From: a virus
Lineage: Duplodnaviria; Caudoviricetes
DNA: 52,993 bases
Reading direction: 5' to 3' (one strand)
Virus record (IMG/VR): IMGVR_UViG_3300025083_000046
Location: 1-52,993 of that record
A program made the translations under genes and the position numbers. How positions within the stretch are numbered: position 1 is the first letter of the stretch; every line of letters begins with the position of its first letter. The notes beneath the pieces are model-generated. The model made no database searches. It saw only the letters and a list, made by a program, of their open reading frames with translations, and was not told the origin of the DNA. Of this stretch, positions 28,101 through 37,479 are shown piece by piece.

Positions 28101-31100
28101 CAACAAGAAGACCAAGAGGTATTAGACCTTGAGGCTGCGATTGAGGGTGAGGTCAAAGAGGGGAGAGCATTACCTAGCGAGACTACTGCTGTTGAAGAAG
28201 TAACTACCGAGGAAGCACCTGTAGCTGAGACAGTGGTTGAGGAGGTAGAAACAGGTAAAAGAGAAGTTGAAGAATATTTTAAAGCCTTAGAAGAACGGAG
28301 GAAAAAAAGTGAAATCGAAAGAAAGCTTTTTTTTGAATACGATGATTCTCCAAAATCATCAAAAGAAAGAAGAGAATTAAAGAAGAAGCTCATAGAAGCT
28401 CAAAGAGATAAAAACGAAGCTGATAAAGTGCTTCAAGAAAAAGAATCTGTTATAACAAATAAGTTTCCAAATTTAAAAGAAGCCTACCAAAAAAAGGAGG
28501 AAGCTGATAGTGAGGAATGGTATGATGCATCAAAAGAATATTATGATGCATTTAATGAAACTATAAATAATATATTAAATCAAGAAGCACCTGTAGCTGA
28601 GACAGCAGTTGAGGAAGAGGTGACTACTGAGGAAGCACCATTAGTCAATCCAAAGGTTGATGGTGTAGTGATGAGCGATAAGAAGCGAAACAAAAAGGAG
28701 CAGGCTCTTGTCGACAGAGCCAAGCGAGCTGCCAAGGCGTTGACAAGGATTGGTAAGGGAGGTGTAACCATAGAGTTGCATGATGACACCGATAGTTTTA
28801 AGAAGGTTACAGGGCAAGATGGTCGTGGCGCATATGACAAGACTAGCAACACAATCCATATCAACTTATCCAAGGCTAACAATACCACCGTTGCACACGA
28901 GGCGTTTCACGCTGTGCTACTACAGAGGGTAAGTAATACCGCTGAGGTAACCAAGACAATGTTCGATGCTGTGCGTAAGGCAGGTAAGGGAGATACTAGG
29001 GTTATGGAGTACACCACTACTAAGGAGGTGGATGGAAAGACTGAGACAGTGACTAAGACTGCTACAGTTGAAGAGTACTTAGAAGACTTTGCTAGCAAAT
29101 ATGAGGAGAACATTCAAGACGAAGAGAAGCTCGCTGAGTTGACAGGTCTACTTGCCTCAAGTTATGTTAACCTTGCACCTGCACCAAAGTCAAAGGTACG
29201 TCAATGGGTTGAAAAGGTGATGACTCCTATTGCAGAAAAACTAGGCATAAAGGTCGATCAGTTTACCAAGACCGATCAGGGCGTTGTTGATTTGTTGAAT
29301 GCAATCTCTGCCAAGGTAACAATAGGTGAAGAGATTCAAGAGGGGGATGTCAAGGTGCTTGAGGAGATAGAGACTAAAGAGGAGTATTCTGAAAGTGCAG
29401 ATGTTTTAAAAGAGTATAACAATAACGAGATAGCAGAGATAACAAGAAACTCTAACAATAATGCAGAAGAATTTTTAGGTAAATTAATCTCAAAGGAAAC
29501 TAAAAAAGTAGAGGGAGGAAGTATTGAACAAGAAGTGTATCAATATGGCATCATCCAAAGAATCTTTGCAAATGATGGTTCTAAAATCCAAAGACTAACG
29601 GACTATTCTGGGAAGGTTTATGGTACACCTATTATAAATTTAACCATGGACTCTATGGAATCTGGTTTGCTTTTTGGAGGTAAAAAAGATTTTAGTTTAA
29701 GTGAAAAAGAAATCACTTATTTTTTCAACTCTAAATTTAAGCCTGTACAAGAGATAGAGACTAAACCTGAGACCAAGAAGAAAGGTAAGGCAAAGAAAAT
29801 AAATTGGACTAAGTCTGAGGGCAAGAGACCCAAGAGACAGACTACAGGTACAGAGATGGGTAAGGTAGTGCGAAGCTATGAGGCGGGTGAGATTACTCTA
29901 GAAGAGTACAACAAGAAGGCAGATGAGTTGATGCCTACTCGAATGAAAGAGAAGTTCACAGAGCCTGCAACAAATCCGGAGCTAGGAAAATTAAGAGGGC
30001 AAAAGAAAGCCAAGATAAATGCTCCTATAAAAGAAGGTGCTGACGTTGGTCTAAGGTTAGACATTCCTCTTATGGAAGATACAGGTGTGTCTGCTGTTAC
30101 GATACACCCTGGTCGAGGATTAACATCTTCGGCTTCATCGTATAGAGGTGCTGCTGTGATTAGTGACGTTGAATTTAAAAGCAACCCTAAGTCTTCATTA
30201 GGTCTAGCATCAGAGGCTACCACAAAGAACCCAACGATTGCTCGTATGGCAGGTAGCTTTGTCAACATTGGAGAGACTATCGAGGAGCAGAACGAGGCGG
30301 CTAAGAAGTTAGCACAACAAGCAATGAACGAGGGGTGGACACAGGTTGGTGTCAATCCATCTAAGCACTCATACTTCTATGACCGATCCAATGGGAAACC
30401 TTTGAAGAGTGCTGACAGAGTTGTTCAGGTAGGAGACCTCATCTATGCAGAGAATGCTAAGACCACTACAATATATGACGATAGATTTATTGTCAAGGGC
30501 AAGACCGATAAGAAGGGAGGCCCACTACGTTTCCAGAAGGCAAATCAAGATATTGAATTTGGAAGGTTAACGAATCCTACTAGAATATCTGTAGCCGGAA
30601 AAGATATTTCTAATTTAATATTTCTTCAAGGTTTAGGAAATACTTCTGTAATAGATGACTACATAAGAAGATATAAAGATATTATAAAGATATCTAATAG
30701 TAGGAGATTTAATAAATCTGAAAAATTACAGACAGATTATTTAAGAAGTGAATTAACAAAACGGATAGACCTAACCATAAAAAGATTACAAAAAGAAATT
30801 GAATTTAACAAGTCTAAATTAGTAGACAAAGATGGGGATGTTTCTCCTTTAAGATCTGAAAAAATAAAAGATGCTCAGGTTAGAGTTGAGTTATTAGATG
30901 AGATTAAAAACACTATATCTGAAAACTTATTTTCACCAAGTGATCTGGAAATTACAACAGAACCTGAAGAGCAAGGAGAGGGTGGTGAAGTAGGTACTAT
31001 TAGACTACAAAAAGCAAACATACAATTCAAACCAGCTCCAGGGATAGGAACAGACACAAGATCATTTGCAAAATTCTATGAGGAAAAAAGTCTGAGAGAT

Positions 31101-34100
31101 TTTAATGGTAAGAAGTTTGTAACTAATATGTATGACTTTACCAACGCTGGAGAAGTGGATTTGGGGAATGGATATGTTATTAATCTATGGGGTGGTAAAA
31201 GTTATGTCCCATATATGTTAGAAAAAAGAGGTAAGAATTTAGGAGAGGTTTCTAATCTTGCTGCTTTTAATACAGAAGAACAGGCTGAAACTTTTATCAG
31301 AAATTCTAAAGAAGAAAATGCTTCTTTGTTCATACCACACTCTGGTACTACTAAAGGTTCATGGCAGTTTCAGCAATCAATATTTCAAGAGCTTACAAAT
31401 TTAGCACTAGACAAAAAGATTCTAAGCAAAAAACAATTAATATCATTGTTTAATGAATCTATTAAAAGTGATAAGGGTAAGAAAGCGTTTAAAACTTTTG
31501 TAAAGAACTACAATCAGAAGAGAGAAAAAGAAAAAAAGAAACCAAAAAATATAAAAGACTTTAATTCTTTTATAACTAATCCTAAAGAAATAATTGAACT
31601 GCTTGACATAGAAAACAATATGTCTCCAGACTTAAGAAAGATTTTTAACAGTAAATATTCTACAAACGAAGCATTTAAAGAAGCGTTAGGTGTAAAGAAC
31701 TCTATTGACTTTGCATTAAAAATGGAAGATCCGTTGAATAATGGTATATCAGGGGGAGACCTTATGGGTATAATTGAGTTTGATAATACTTCTTTTAAAA
31801 TAAGAAAACCTAACAAGAACGACCCTGATTATCATCCATCGTTTGCATATACTGTTGAGGCAAAAATAAATGGAGTGTATCAACCTACAGAGTTTTATAA
31901 GTCTAATGAAGTTACTGATTCCTATACAAAAAACAATAAGGATGGCGCAAAGGTGTCAAGAAAAACTGACTTTACCTTAGAAGAGTATGAGCTAGCTAAA
32001 AAAGGTATTGCTATTAATGATGAAGGCAAGAAAGTTAAAAGGAAACCATTCAAAGGTACACTAGAAGAGTTTCAGGAAATGAAATTTGAAAAGTCTAATG
32101 TATCTAGTAGTGCTGGTTCAATACCAAAGGTAGCAGAGTTATCAGAGACTGCGATGCGAGAGCAGAAGAGTCTTATGCAGATAGGTAGGTATTACAATGC
32201 CAACAACCAAGGGTTCTTCCCAGTGCAGGTAAATGCATATCAACTCAAGCAAGACCTAGAGCAGATAGGATTTGGTTTGAAGCGTGCTGTTAATGGAGCG
32301 TACTACGCCACAAGGAATGGGCGTAAAGTAAATCCATTCCCACCTGAGCCAAGTAGATATAGAAGACAAAGGGATGACATTGGTATCGTAGAAGAAAAAA
32401 GTTTTACAAGTAAGAACACCGTAGCAGATATCATCATTGCTGCTAGACGAGAAGGGTTCAAAGATAAAGCCATCCGATTCTATATACTAAAGAGACGATC
32501 AGATATCAAGGAGGAGAATGGTAAGCCTTTGCGAGCGAAGACTGTAGATGATATGCTTCGAGTACCTGCAAATATATTAGAGAATGTGCCGGATAGTTTC
32601 AAGGAGATTGAAGGTGGAGCAGCAGCAGGTCTAAGGTTGTATCAAAAGGTTGAGCAGCTTAGAGATAAACTTCTTGCCGCCAACGCTAGAATAAAATCTC
32701 CTAAGTTATCTGACGCTGGTATCAAACAGAAGATAAAGGAGAAGAGAGAGGAGTTAAAAAAGAAAAAACTTTCAGACGAGCAACTCGCCAAAGAGTTAGA
32801 TGCTTTCACTAAAAGAGAATACAAGAACAACAAAGCTCGTAAGGAGATGAAGACCGAGAGTGAAATCATGGATGAGGTTATTGAGTTCTTAGAGAAACAA
32901 CCTGAGTACATCGAAGCTGGTGACAAGGGTAAGAAGACACCATCTCTACTTCAGTCTAAGATGCAAGCAGAACTCCAAGCAACGATTGCCTTCCGACCAT
33001 CTAGAGAGGTGGCTCAGAATCTTTCTAAGTTAAAGAATAGAGCAAGAGCAATGGAGAAGGCAGGTAGAGACCTTCAAGAAATAAAGCGTCAGCTTAGAGC
33101 AACACTTCGTAAGTCACTACCAAAGACTGAGTACTCCAAGCCAGAGGTGATGAGACTTTTAGGTGAGATTGCAAAAGTAGATGCAAGTAATTTACAAGAC
33201 GTAATTGGAGAGATAGAAAGTTTTATTGTTAAAAAGAACGTACAAATACTAGAGGCTCAGATAGACAAGCTATTAGGTACGAAGGTTACTAAGAGTGAGG
33301 CTGGAAGACGTAAGGGTAAGTTTGGATATGATGAAGCGGCTAGACTAGAAGCCATCAACAACAATATTGTTAAGGATAAAAAGGTTGATGGTAAGGTAGT
33401 TAAGTATACTGCTGAAGAAATCATGGATAAAAATGAAAGACTTCGTAGAGAGCTTAATGAAATTATGCGTCAACCTGAATTAAGTTCGGAGAATATAAAC
33501 AAGCTAACCGATCTTCAGATAGCAATCAATATCAACAGTGCCAATCTGATGAAGGCACAGTTAGGAACAAAGGAAAGAATCAGTCCTAATATTATTGCAC
33601 CATTGGTAACAGCACAAGAGTCACTGCAAGAATTAATTGAAGAGGGTCGCTCTAAATTTAAAGTAGAACTTCAAGAAGCGCATCAAAAATACCAAGAGCA
33701 ATTCACTATGCTTTGGGAAGAGATTACAGGAGAGAAGATAGATATGTCTGACCCTGATGTAAGAGATAAAATAAATGCTAGATTAAAAGAATCTTCTAGG
33801 ATAAGCAAGGCTGAGAAAGCCAAAAACAGAGGGAAGTTTAGAAATGTTCTTACGAATATGTACGACTCTTTAGTAAGAGGATTAAATAAGGCAGAAGATT
33901 TATCTGGTTTAATGAACAAGATATCTATTATGCCAGGGGAGTTAGCAGGTGGTCGTATTCAAGAGATGATTACTGATAGGGTAGATGAATCTACTAGAGT
34001 ATACAAAGGTAGAATGATGATACAAGAAGATGTCATCGAAAATAAGATGGAAGAAATATTTGGAAGAAAGTGGAGAAAGAGAGCTGTACAGTTAAACGAC

Positions 34101-36011
34101 ACTAAAACAAATGGCATAACTCTAGAGACAAAAGATGAAGTCCAAACAATTTCTCAAAACCAATTGGCATACCTATACAATCAGTATAAAGACCCAGCTA
34201 ATGCAGGTTCGTTCAAAGCAATGTTCGGAGAAAACTATGAGCAAGAAATGAGTAAGCTCATATCACAGTTAGATCCTCAATTAAAAGAGTGGGCAGATTG
34301 GCAGGTTGATGAATTCTTTCCATCAGTTTATGAATACTACAATGATGCATACAAAAAGATATATAGAACTGATATGCCATGGAATCAATTCTATGCAGGT
34401 AGAATATATAGAGAAGGATTTGAGCAAGAGCCATTAGATATGTTGGCAAACTCTTCAATATTCCAAACCTCTGTGGGTGCAGCTTCAACATTAGAAAGAA
34501 AAGTAAATAATTTGCCTATCCAAGCAATGAATATCAACAACGCTTTGACAAGTTATATTCAGGACATGGAATACTTTGCCGCCCATGCTGAAACAGTAAG
34601 GGACATTGATAAAATGTTTACTAATAAGGATGTTAGAAAATACTTAAAAAACATTTATGGTGATGACATCAATAACCTAATTGATTCTATGATCAAAAAG
34701 GTGTCGGCTAAAGGACAGCAAAAGTTTAAGATGGCTAGCTTCATAAATAAAAGTATGAATGCATTTATAATATCTAAACTTGCATTTAACCCGGTGGTAT
34801 TTATAAAACAGCTTACATCTATACCAACATATGCTAATGACATTGGCATTGCAAATTGGATTAAGTATTCTAAGCTAGGTAGTACATTGTCTCAAAGACG
34901 TAGTGCAATAATGGAGGACTACAATGAGGTTATAAAAAACTCTGTGTACTTACAAGACAGAGCCAAAGGTTTAAATATTAGAAATGCTATTGCTCATTAC
35001 GAGGATCATTCAAATTCTATTATAGATAAAAGTTTTGGAGCTGAAGCTCAGAGGATAGCAATGATGCTTACCAAGAGTGGTGATAAGGCAGCGATTATGT
35101 TGGGAGGTCTTCCAAACTACAGATACTACAAAGCTCAATACAAAAAGCAAAATCCAAAGGCTACTGAGCAAGAGGTTATTGATTATGCTATTAGAAAGTT
35201 TGAGCGTGACACCAAGAAGACACAGCAGTCTAGTGACATACAAGACCGAGACTATTATCAGACTGATGATCCATTGATGAGGTCATTCAATATGTTCATG
35301 ACTACACCTAAGCAATACTTGAGGAAAGAAATTGATGCCTTTAGAAATTTGGGTAGAAAAATTAAGTCTCTTGACAAAAAGAAAAGTTTAAAAGAAAATA
35401 TAAAATCTTTTAAAGAAACAGGCAAAGGAACAGTGGGTCAAAACCTAAGACAGTTAGCAATGTATCATGTAATGATGCCTGCATTGTTTCAATGGGCAGC
35501 TTTAGGATTCCCGGTAGATATGGATGATGAGGATAAAGCAGACATGGCGGGAGCAATGTTGTTAGGAAACTTAAATGCATTATTTATAGTAGGAGATTTA
35601 TTTACTATGACTAAAGATGTTCTATTAGAAAAGCCTTGGGGGGGAACGCCAGAAACTTTATCTATAATGCAATGGGCATCATCTGTTTTACGAAAGTGGT
35701 CAAAGTGGCAACAAAAAATAGATGCTAAAAAACCAGACCCTACTAAGATTGATGATGCTAGATATGATTTCTATGGTACTATTTTAGAAGGAGCAGGTAT
35801 ACCAGCCAGACAAGGTATGAGATACTATGACAACTATACCAAATTGTTTACCGAAAAAATGGATACGCCTGAAAAGATAAGAAGGATTCTAAACTATTCT
35901 GATTACACTATAGAAGGTAAGAAAGATGACAAGAAGAAAGGTTCAGGAATGTCATCAGGAGTTTCTTCAGGAATGTCATCAGGAGTTTCTTCAGGAATGT
36001 CTAGCAACTAG
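25200..36011 (+). CDS. giant (3603 aa) polyvalent virion/ejection protein with a zincin-like metallopeptidase domain
   Basis: GAY...IHINL...VAHEAFH (HExxH at 28896-28910) with downstream EEKLAE; G/A-rich hydrophobic helices at about 26500-27420; multiple inserted modules; helical C-terminal region. Confidence 0.8.
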   Translation: MFEVKDLYDLTLPGAFASAEEWVQFSSSASPEDLYGLLQDGAFSSVEEFQQQVNFGASPLKKKEDTVSVLEDGSSDLQEPSVQVEEEQIDFDPTAGITALEETGVLPTQAQRDFTQEPLGPVQKVPTKEEQIEVVNKYLSPERETGEMDALVKRRRSSMTSKLKPVLTQEGLEKNQKDSQVKYIIESLDEADRLNVVANLASIDGEITDEQLSQLKSKADANITSKYGEEEMSLLNKITGGVDAKDVFNKSIRSTNKSIIDDLVVEGDETATVANLNNEFAGTPFSFSEAIIGSDAVEVSVLDVSGVPINSKIVRIDDAIKGSQKLKDFMAKANLSKGNKEFLQGKINGKDISNLPMDQKRLANYKYMLENKDKFSAGKGVGFSINADAIMRFVNENPGFFPPEELQSIKLQLDAALAGQYKEDKELEGSFFGSLGESFLKGATQTSKFTTNLGIDIGGALMPSMFMPSNSFSAINFDENGNRLSDSEVIDKVKKEGKREMIAAMDNAVESSFTGTTQAWMNSEERNDLAKALNFVFESLGVVASVGANKLALTPAAAKTLNGLAFFAYAANGIEDEMAGTEYDELSEWKKKLISFPYGVMIGALENLGWEASTGAFGNKVFDKISKGIISRAMKSVPKNASEKVIKTAIENSTKAAIADGTIKIISGALSEGLVEGTQEFGDVGLKNVVNLIMDKDYFADAPDLSTKEGWLETIKQAKESGYYGLLAGGSSAGGGGIIQGTKKRLQRDADIREYNEKKQAHTNKTQREKLIFNINNAQRQGQMTAEQAEAAKEQVLEDAATYEQIPDEGLSNKNKLESFDLITERNNLEKEIAGKNEELVTKQRDRIRDINAQLTIIGTQDATTEQEASGLDEDQQARNVQQMEEGTPQPEPKQTTAEEVEVKEELKPTEEQREKLEKQAVRELKKENRKTRREGFKGDKIKGTRKKYEPTQEEIDARVDELFQAQQQEDQEVLDLEAAIEGEVKEGRALPSETTAVEEVTTEEAPVAETVVEEVETGKREVEEYFKALEERRKKSEIERKLFFEYDDSPKSSKERRELKKKLIEAQRDKNEADKVLQEKESVITNKFPNLKEAYQKKEEADSEEWYDASKEYYDAFNETINNILNQEAPVAETAVEEEVTTEEAPLVNPKVDGVVMSDKKRNKKEQALVDRAKRAAKALTRIGKGGVTIELHDDTDSFKKVTGQDGRGAYDKTSNTIHINLSKANNTTVAHEAFHAVLLQRVSNTAEVTKTMFDAVRKAGKGDTRVMEYTTTKEVDGKTETVTKTATVEEYLEDFASKYEENIQDEEKLAELTGLLASSYVNLAPAPKSKVRQWVEKVMTPIAEKLGIKVDQFTKTDQGVVDLLNAISAKVTIGEEIQEGDVKVLEEIETKEEYSESADVLKEYNNNEIAEITRNSNNNAEEFLGKLISKETKKVEGGSIEQEVYQYGIIQRIFANDGSKIQRLTDYSGKVYGTPIINLTMDSMESGLLFGGKKDFSLSEKEITYFFNSKFKPVQEIETKPETKKKGKAKKINWTKSEGKRPKRQTTGTEMGKVVRSYEAGEITLEEYNKKADELMPTRMKEKFTEPATNPELGKLRGQKKAKINAPIKEGADVGLRLDIPLMEDTGVSAVTIHPGRGLTSSASSYRGAAVISDVEFKSNPKSSLGLASEATTKNPTIARMAGSFVNIGETIEEQNEAAKKLAQQAMNEGWTQVGVNPSKHSYFYDRSNGKPLKSADRVVQVGDLIYAENAKTTTIYDDRFIVKGKTDKKGGPLRFQKANQDIEFGRLTNPTRISVAGKDISNLIFLQGLGNTSVIDDYIRRYKDIIKISNSRRFNKSEKLQTDYLRSELTKRIDLTIKRLQKEIEFNKSKLVDKDGDVSPLRSEKIKDAQVRVELLDEIKNTISENLFSPSDLEITTEPEEQGEGGEVGTIRLQKANIQFKPAPGIGTDTRSFAKFYEEKSLRDFNGKKFVTNMYDFTNAGEVDLGNGYVINLWGGKSYVPYMLEKRGKNLGEVSNLAAFNTEEQAETFIRNSKEENASLFIPHSGTTKGSWQFQQSIFQELTNLALDKKILSKKQLISLFNESIKSDKGKKAFKTFVKNYNQKREKEKKKPKNIKDFNSFITNPKEIIELLDIENNMSPDLRKIFNSKYSTNEAFKEALGVKNSIDFALKMEDPLNNGISGGDLMGIIEFDNTSFKIRKPNKNDPDYHPSFAYTVEAKINGVYQPTEFYKSNEVTDSYTKNNKDGAKVSRKTDFTLEEYELAKKGIAINDEGKKVKRKPFKGTLEEFQEMKFEKSNVSSSAGSIPKVAELSETAMREQKSLMQIGRYYNANNQGFFPVQVNAYQLKQDLEQIGFGLKRAVNGAYYATRNGRKVNPFPPEPSRYRRQRDDIGIVEEKSFTSKNTVADIIIAARREGFKDKAIRFYILKRRSDIKEENGKPLRAKTVDDMLRVPANILENVPDSFKEIEGGAAAGLRLYQKVEQLRDKLLAANARIKSPKLSDAGIKQKIKEKREELKKKKLSDEQLAKELDAFTKREYKNNKARKEMKTESEIMDEVIEFLEKQPEYIEAGDKGKKTPSLLQSKMQAELQATIAFRPSREVAQNLSKLKNRARAMEKAGRDLQEIKRQLRATLRKSLPKTEYSKPEVMRLLGEIAKVDASNLQDVIGEIESFIVKKNVQILEAQIDKLLGTKVTKSEAGRRKGKFGYDEAARLEAINNNIVKDKKVDGKVVKYTAEEIMDKNERLRRELNEIMRQPELSSENINKLTDLQIAININSANLMKAQLGTKERISPNIIAPLVTAQESLQELIEEGRSKFKVELQEAHQKYQEQFTMLWEEITGEKIDMSDPDVRDKINARLKESSRISKAEKAKNRGKFRNVLTNMYDSLVRGLNKAEDLSGLMNKISIMPGELAGGRIQEMITDRVDESTRVYKGRMMIQEDVIENKMEEIFGRKWRKRAVQLNDTKTNGITLETKDEVQTISQNQLAYLYNQYKDPANAGSFKAMFGENYEQEMSKLISQLDPQLKEWADWQVDEFFPSVYEYYNDAYKKIYRTDMPWNQFYAGRIYREGFEQEPLDMLANSSIFQTSVGAASTLERKVNNLPIQAMNINNALTSYIQDMEYFAAHAETVRDIDKMFTNKDVRKYLKNIYGDDINNLIDSMIKKVSAKGQQKFKMASFINKSMNAFIISKLAFNPVVFIKQLTSIPTYANDIGIANWIKYSKLGSTLSQRRSAIMEDYNEVIKNSVYLQDRAKGLNIRNAIAHYEDHSNSIIDKSFGAEAQRIAMMLTKSGDKAAIMLGGLPNYRYYKAQYKKQNPKATEQEVIDYAIRKFERDTKKTQQSSDIQDRDYYQTDDPLMRSFNMFMTTPKQYLRKEIDAFRNLGRKIKSLDKKKSLKENIKSFKETGKGTVGQNLRQLAMYHVMMPALFQWAALGFPVDMDDEDKADMAGAMLLGNLNALFIVGDLFTMTKDVLLEKPWGGTPETLSIMQWASSVLRKWSKWQQKIDAKKPDPTKIDDARYDFYGTILEGAGIPARQGMRYYDNYTKLFTEKMDTPEKIRRILNYSDYTIEGKKDDKKKGSGMSSGVSSGMSSGVSSGMSSN
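27784..27921 (+). CDS. putative overprinted small basic protein (+1 frame inside the giant gene)
   Basis: Manual translation MPLQSKKQAVWMRINKPEMYNKWRKEHPNQNLSRLPLKKLKSKKN*; A-rich context before the ATG. Confidence 0.55.
   Translation: MPLQSKKQAVWMRINKPEMYNKWRKEHPNQNLSRLPLKKLKSKKN
28212..28605 (+). repeat. 22-bp direct repeat (GAAGCACCTGTAGCTGAGACAG) flanking an AT-rich module
   Basis: Exact copies at 28212-28233 and 28584-28605. Confidence 0.9.
29364..29765 (+). repeat. 15-bp direct repeat (GAGATAGAGACTAAA) flanking an AT-rich module
   Basis: Exact copies at 29364-29378 and 29751-29765. Confidence 0.85.
35942..36001 (+). repeat. 24-bp tandem repeat, 2.5 copies, encoding (SGMSSGVS)n
   Basis: TTCAGGAATGTCATCAGGAGTTTC twice plus a partial third copy. 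Confidence 0.9.
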
Positions 36012-37036
36012 AACAAGTGGGTGAGTCTTGCGACTTGCCCATGGAGTTTGCTATGAAGGAAGCCTTCGCAAGCCTGTGGGGCGTGCTGATATCCTTTCTT
36101 GTGATGCCATGAGTCTGTCGCTGATGGGGATCGGAGCGACTCTATAGTACATCCCGCCATATCTTTAGAAAATTTATGATGCACATGATGGGTGTAAACA
36201 TATCTGTGTTTGGTCTTTGCCCACTCAAGAGGGAACTCAGTAGCCATCAGTAGTGGTAAGTCCTGAGTCTTTGCACCATCGCCATGGGTAGTACCGATGA
36301 GGTTCTTACCGTAGGTGTAGGATTTACGATGAGCCATACTACAATCGAATGTGATATCATCACAGTTCTTGAACCAAGTCTTTATCACATCGGATAAGAA
36401 AAACCCTGACATCATATCGTGGTTACTAGGATTAAAAGTAAAATGCACCGGGGCTATAGCAAGAAGAATCTCAAGCACATCTACATATAAGTTCTTGGCT
36501 ATCAAGAAGTTACTATACCACATGCCATCAACGTCCTGCCTCGTCCCCTTTGACGTAGCACCTGGTTGGTCGATATGTAGGATGTCATTACCTCCAATGA
36601 AAAGTATCTGGTCGATGTTAAAACCTGTGGCCTTGTCAAGTATTCCTTGCACGCCATCCTTAACTCTCTTCACTGCAATCTGATTGTTATAAGACTCGCC
36701 TGTCTCAAAAGAATCTGCGAGCTTACCGATATGAATATCAGCAGGGTCTACCACCAATAGGTGTCCATCTTTGGATGGAGATCGTAAAATCTTTGGAAAG
36801 GATGGAGAGTATTGCTTTATGTCTTCTAGCAGTGAGTCCTTCAGTCTTTGTAACTGTTGGAATCTATCGTCCTTGAATGAAGGGTTGTTAAAGAATAGAC
36901 TTGCCTCCTTGGTTTTAAGCCACCCATGTTTAACGTCTTCAACATTTACTCCGGCTTCTTTGGATGCTCGTTTTATTCCTCTATACTTCCTGATTAATTC
37001 TTGTTCATCTTTTTTAAGTCGTGGTCTCCAGGTCAT
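36008..37036 (-). CDS. calcineurin-like metallophosphoesterase
   Basis: Motifs DIHIG, GNDILH, SNHD, THGD and HHVHH in canonical order. Confidence 0.8.
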   Translation of the reverse strand: MTWRPRLKKDEQELIRKYRGIKRASKEAGVNVEDVKHGWLKTKEASLFFNNPSFKDDRFQQLQRLKDSLLEDIKQYSPSFPKILRSPSKDGHLLVVDPADIHIGKLADSFETGESYNNQIAVKRVKDGVQGILDKATGFNIDQILFIGGNDILHIDQPGATSKGTRQDVDGMWYSNFLIAKNLYVDVLEILLAIAPVHFTFNPSNHDMMSGFFLSDVIKTWFKNCDDITFDCSMAHRKSYTYGKNLIGTTHGDGAKTQDLPLLMATEFPLEWAKTKHRYVYTHHVHHKFSKDMAGCTIESLRSPSATDSWHHKKGYQHAPQACEGFLHSKLHGQVARLTHLF

Positions 37037-37214
37037 CTTGTATCGATTGGTTTAATTCTTCTAGGATATTTTTCAACTTAGAAATCTGAACCTCAACCTC
37101 CTTGTAGTTTGCATCTACAAGCTCTTCATATATCCCATCAGAACAGTCGTTGATCTGCTTCATCAAATAATTAATGAAGATGATATTGATTCCGTCTGAG
37201 GATGGTGATGTCAC
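37014..37214 (-). CDS. hypothetical protein, 66 aa
   Basis: Fills the gap in a tightly packed minus-strand operon. Confidence 0.6.
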   Translation of the reverse strand: MTSPSSDGINIIFINYLMKQINDCSDGIYEELVDANYKEVEVQISKLKNILEELNQSIQDDLETTT

Positions 37215-37215
37215 A

Positions 37216-37455
37216 TTAGTTGTCTTTATCCATTACAGATATTAAAGTAGTCCCTAGAGTGGGATCGATTTGTTTGATGGCTTTGTATATGTTACGACTG
37301 TGCTTTCTTACCTCTTCCTTTTCCTTCTTGGTTGAGTCTGTGCCTAACGATGCATACATACTACAATCCATTTCTAGTAAAGAGTCTATCTTTTTTTTAT
37401 CAGTCCAAGTCTTATACGAAAGGATTTTATTTATACTTTCTACTCTACTTATCAT
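37216..37455 (-). CDS. hypothetical protein, 79 aa
   Basis: Packed operon; plausible helical protein. Confidence 0.65.
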   Translation of the reverse strand: MISRVESINKILSYKTWTDKKKIDSLLEMDCSMYASLGTDSTKKEKEEVRKHSRNIYKAIKQIDPTLGTTLISVMDKDN

Positions 37456-37479
37456 TTGCTGGTAATATAATAAATTAAT

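Noticed and set aside
23810-35277. Many 60-180-aa ORFs overlapping the large virion genes, nearly all antisense
   Set aside because: S/F/L-rich shadows of K/E-rich sense genes, with no motifs or initiation context.
1-36011. Stop-codon reassignment (TAG to Gln) as in some crAss-like phages
   Set aside because: Genes are intact and densely packed under the standard code, including 1574-aa and 3603-aa ORFs. TAG serves as an ordinary stop for the portal and giant genes.
25200-36011. Virion RNA polymerase in the giant protein
   Set aside because: No convincing catalytic DFDID/NADFDGD context. IDFDP lies in an acidic linker, and DKDGD lies in a short AT-rich insert. Host-type promoters are present.
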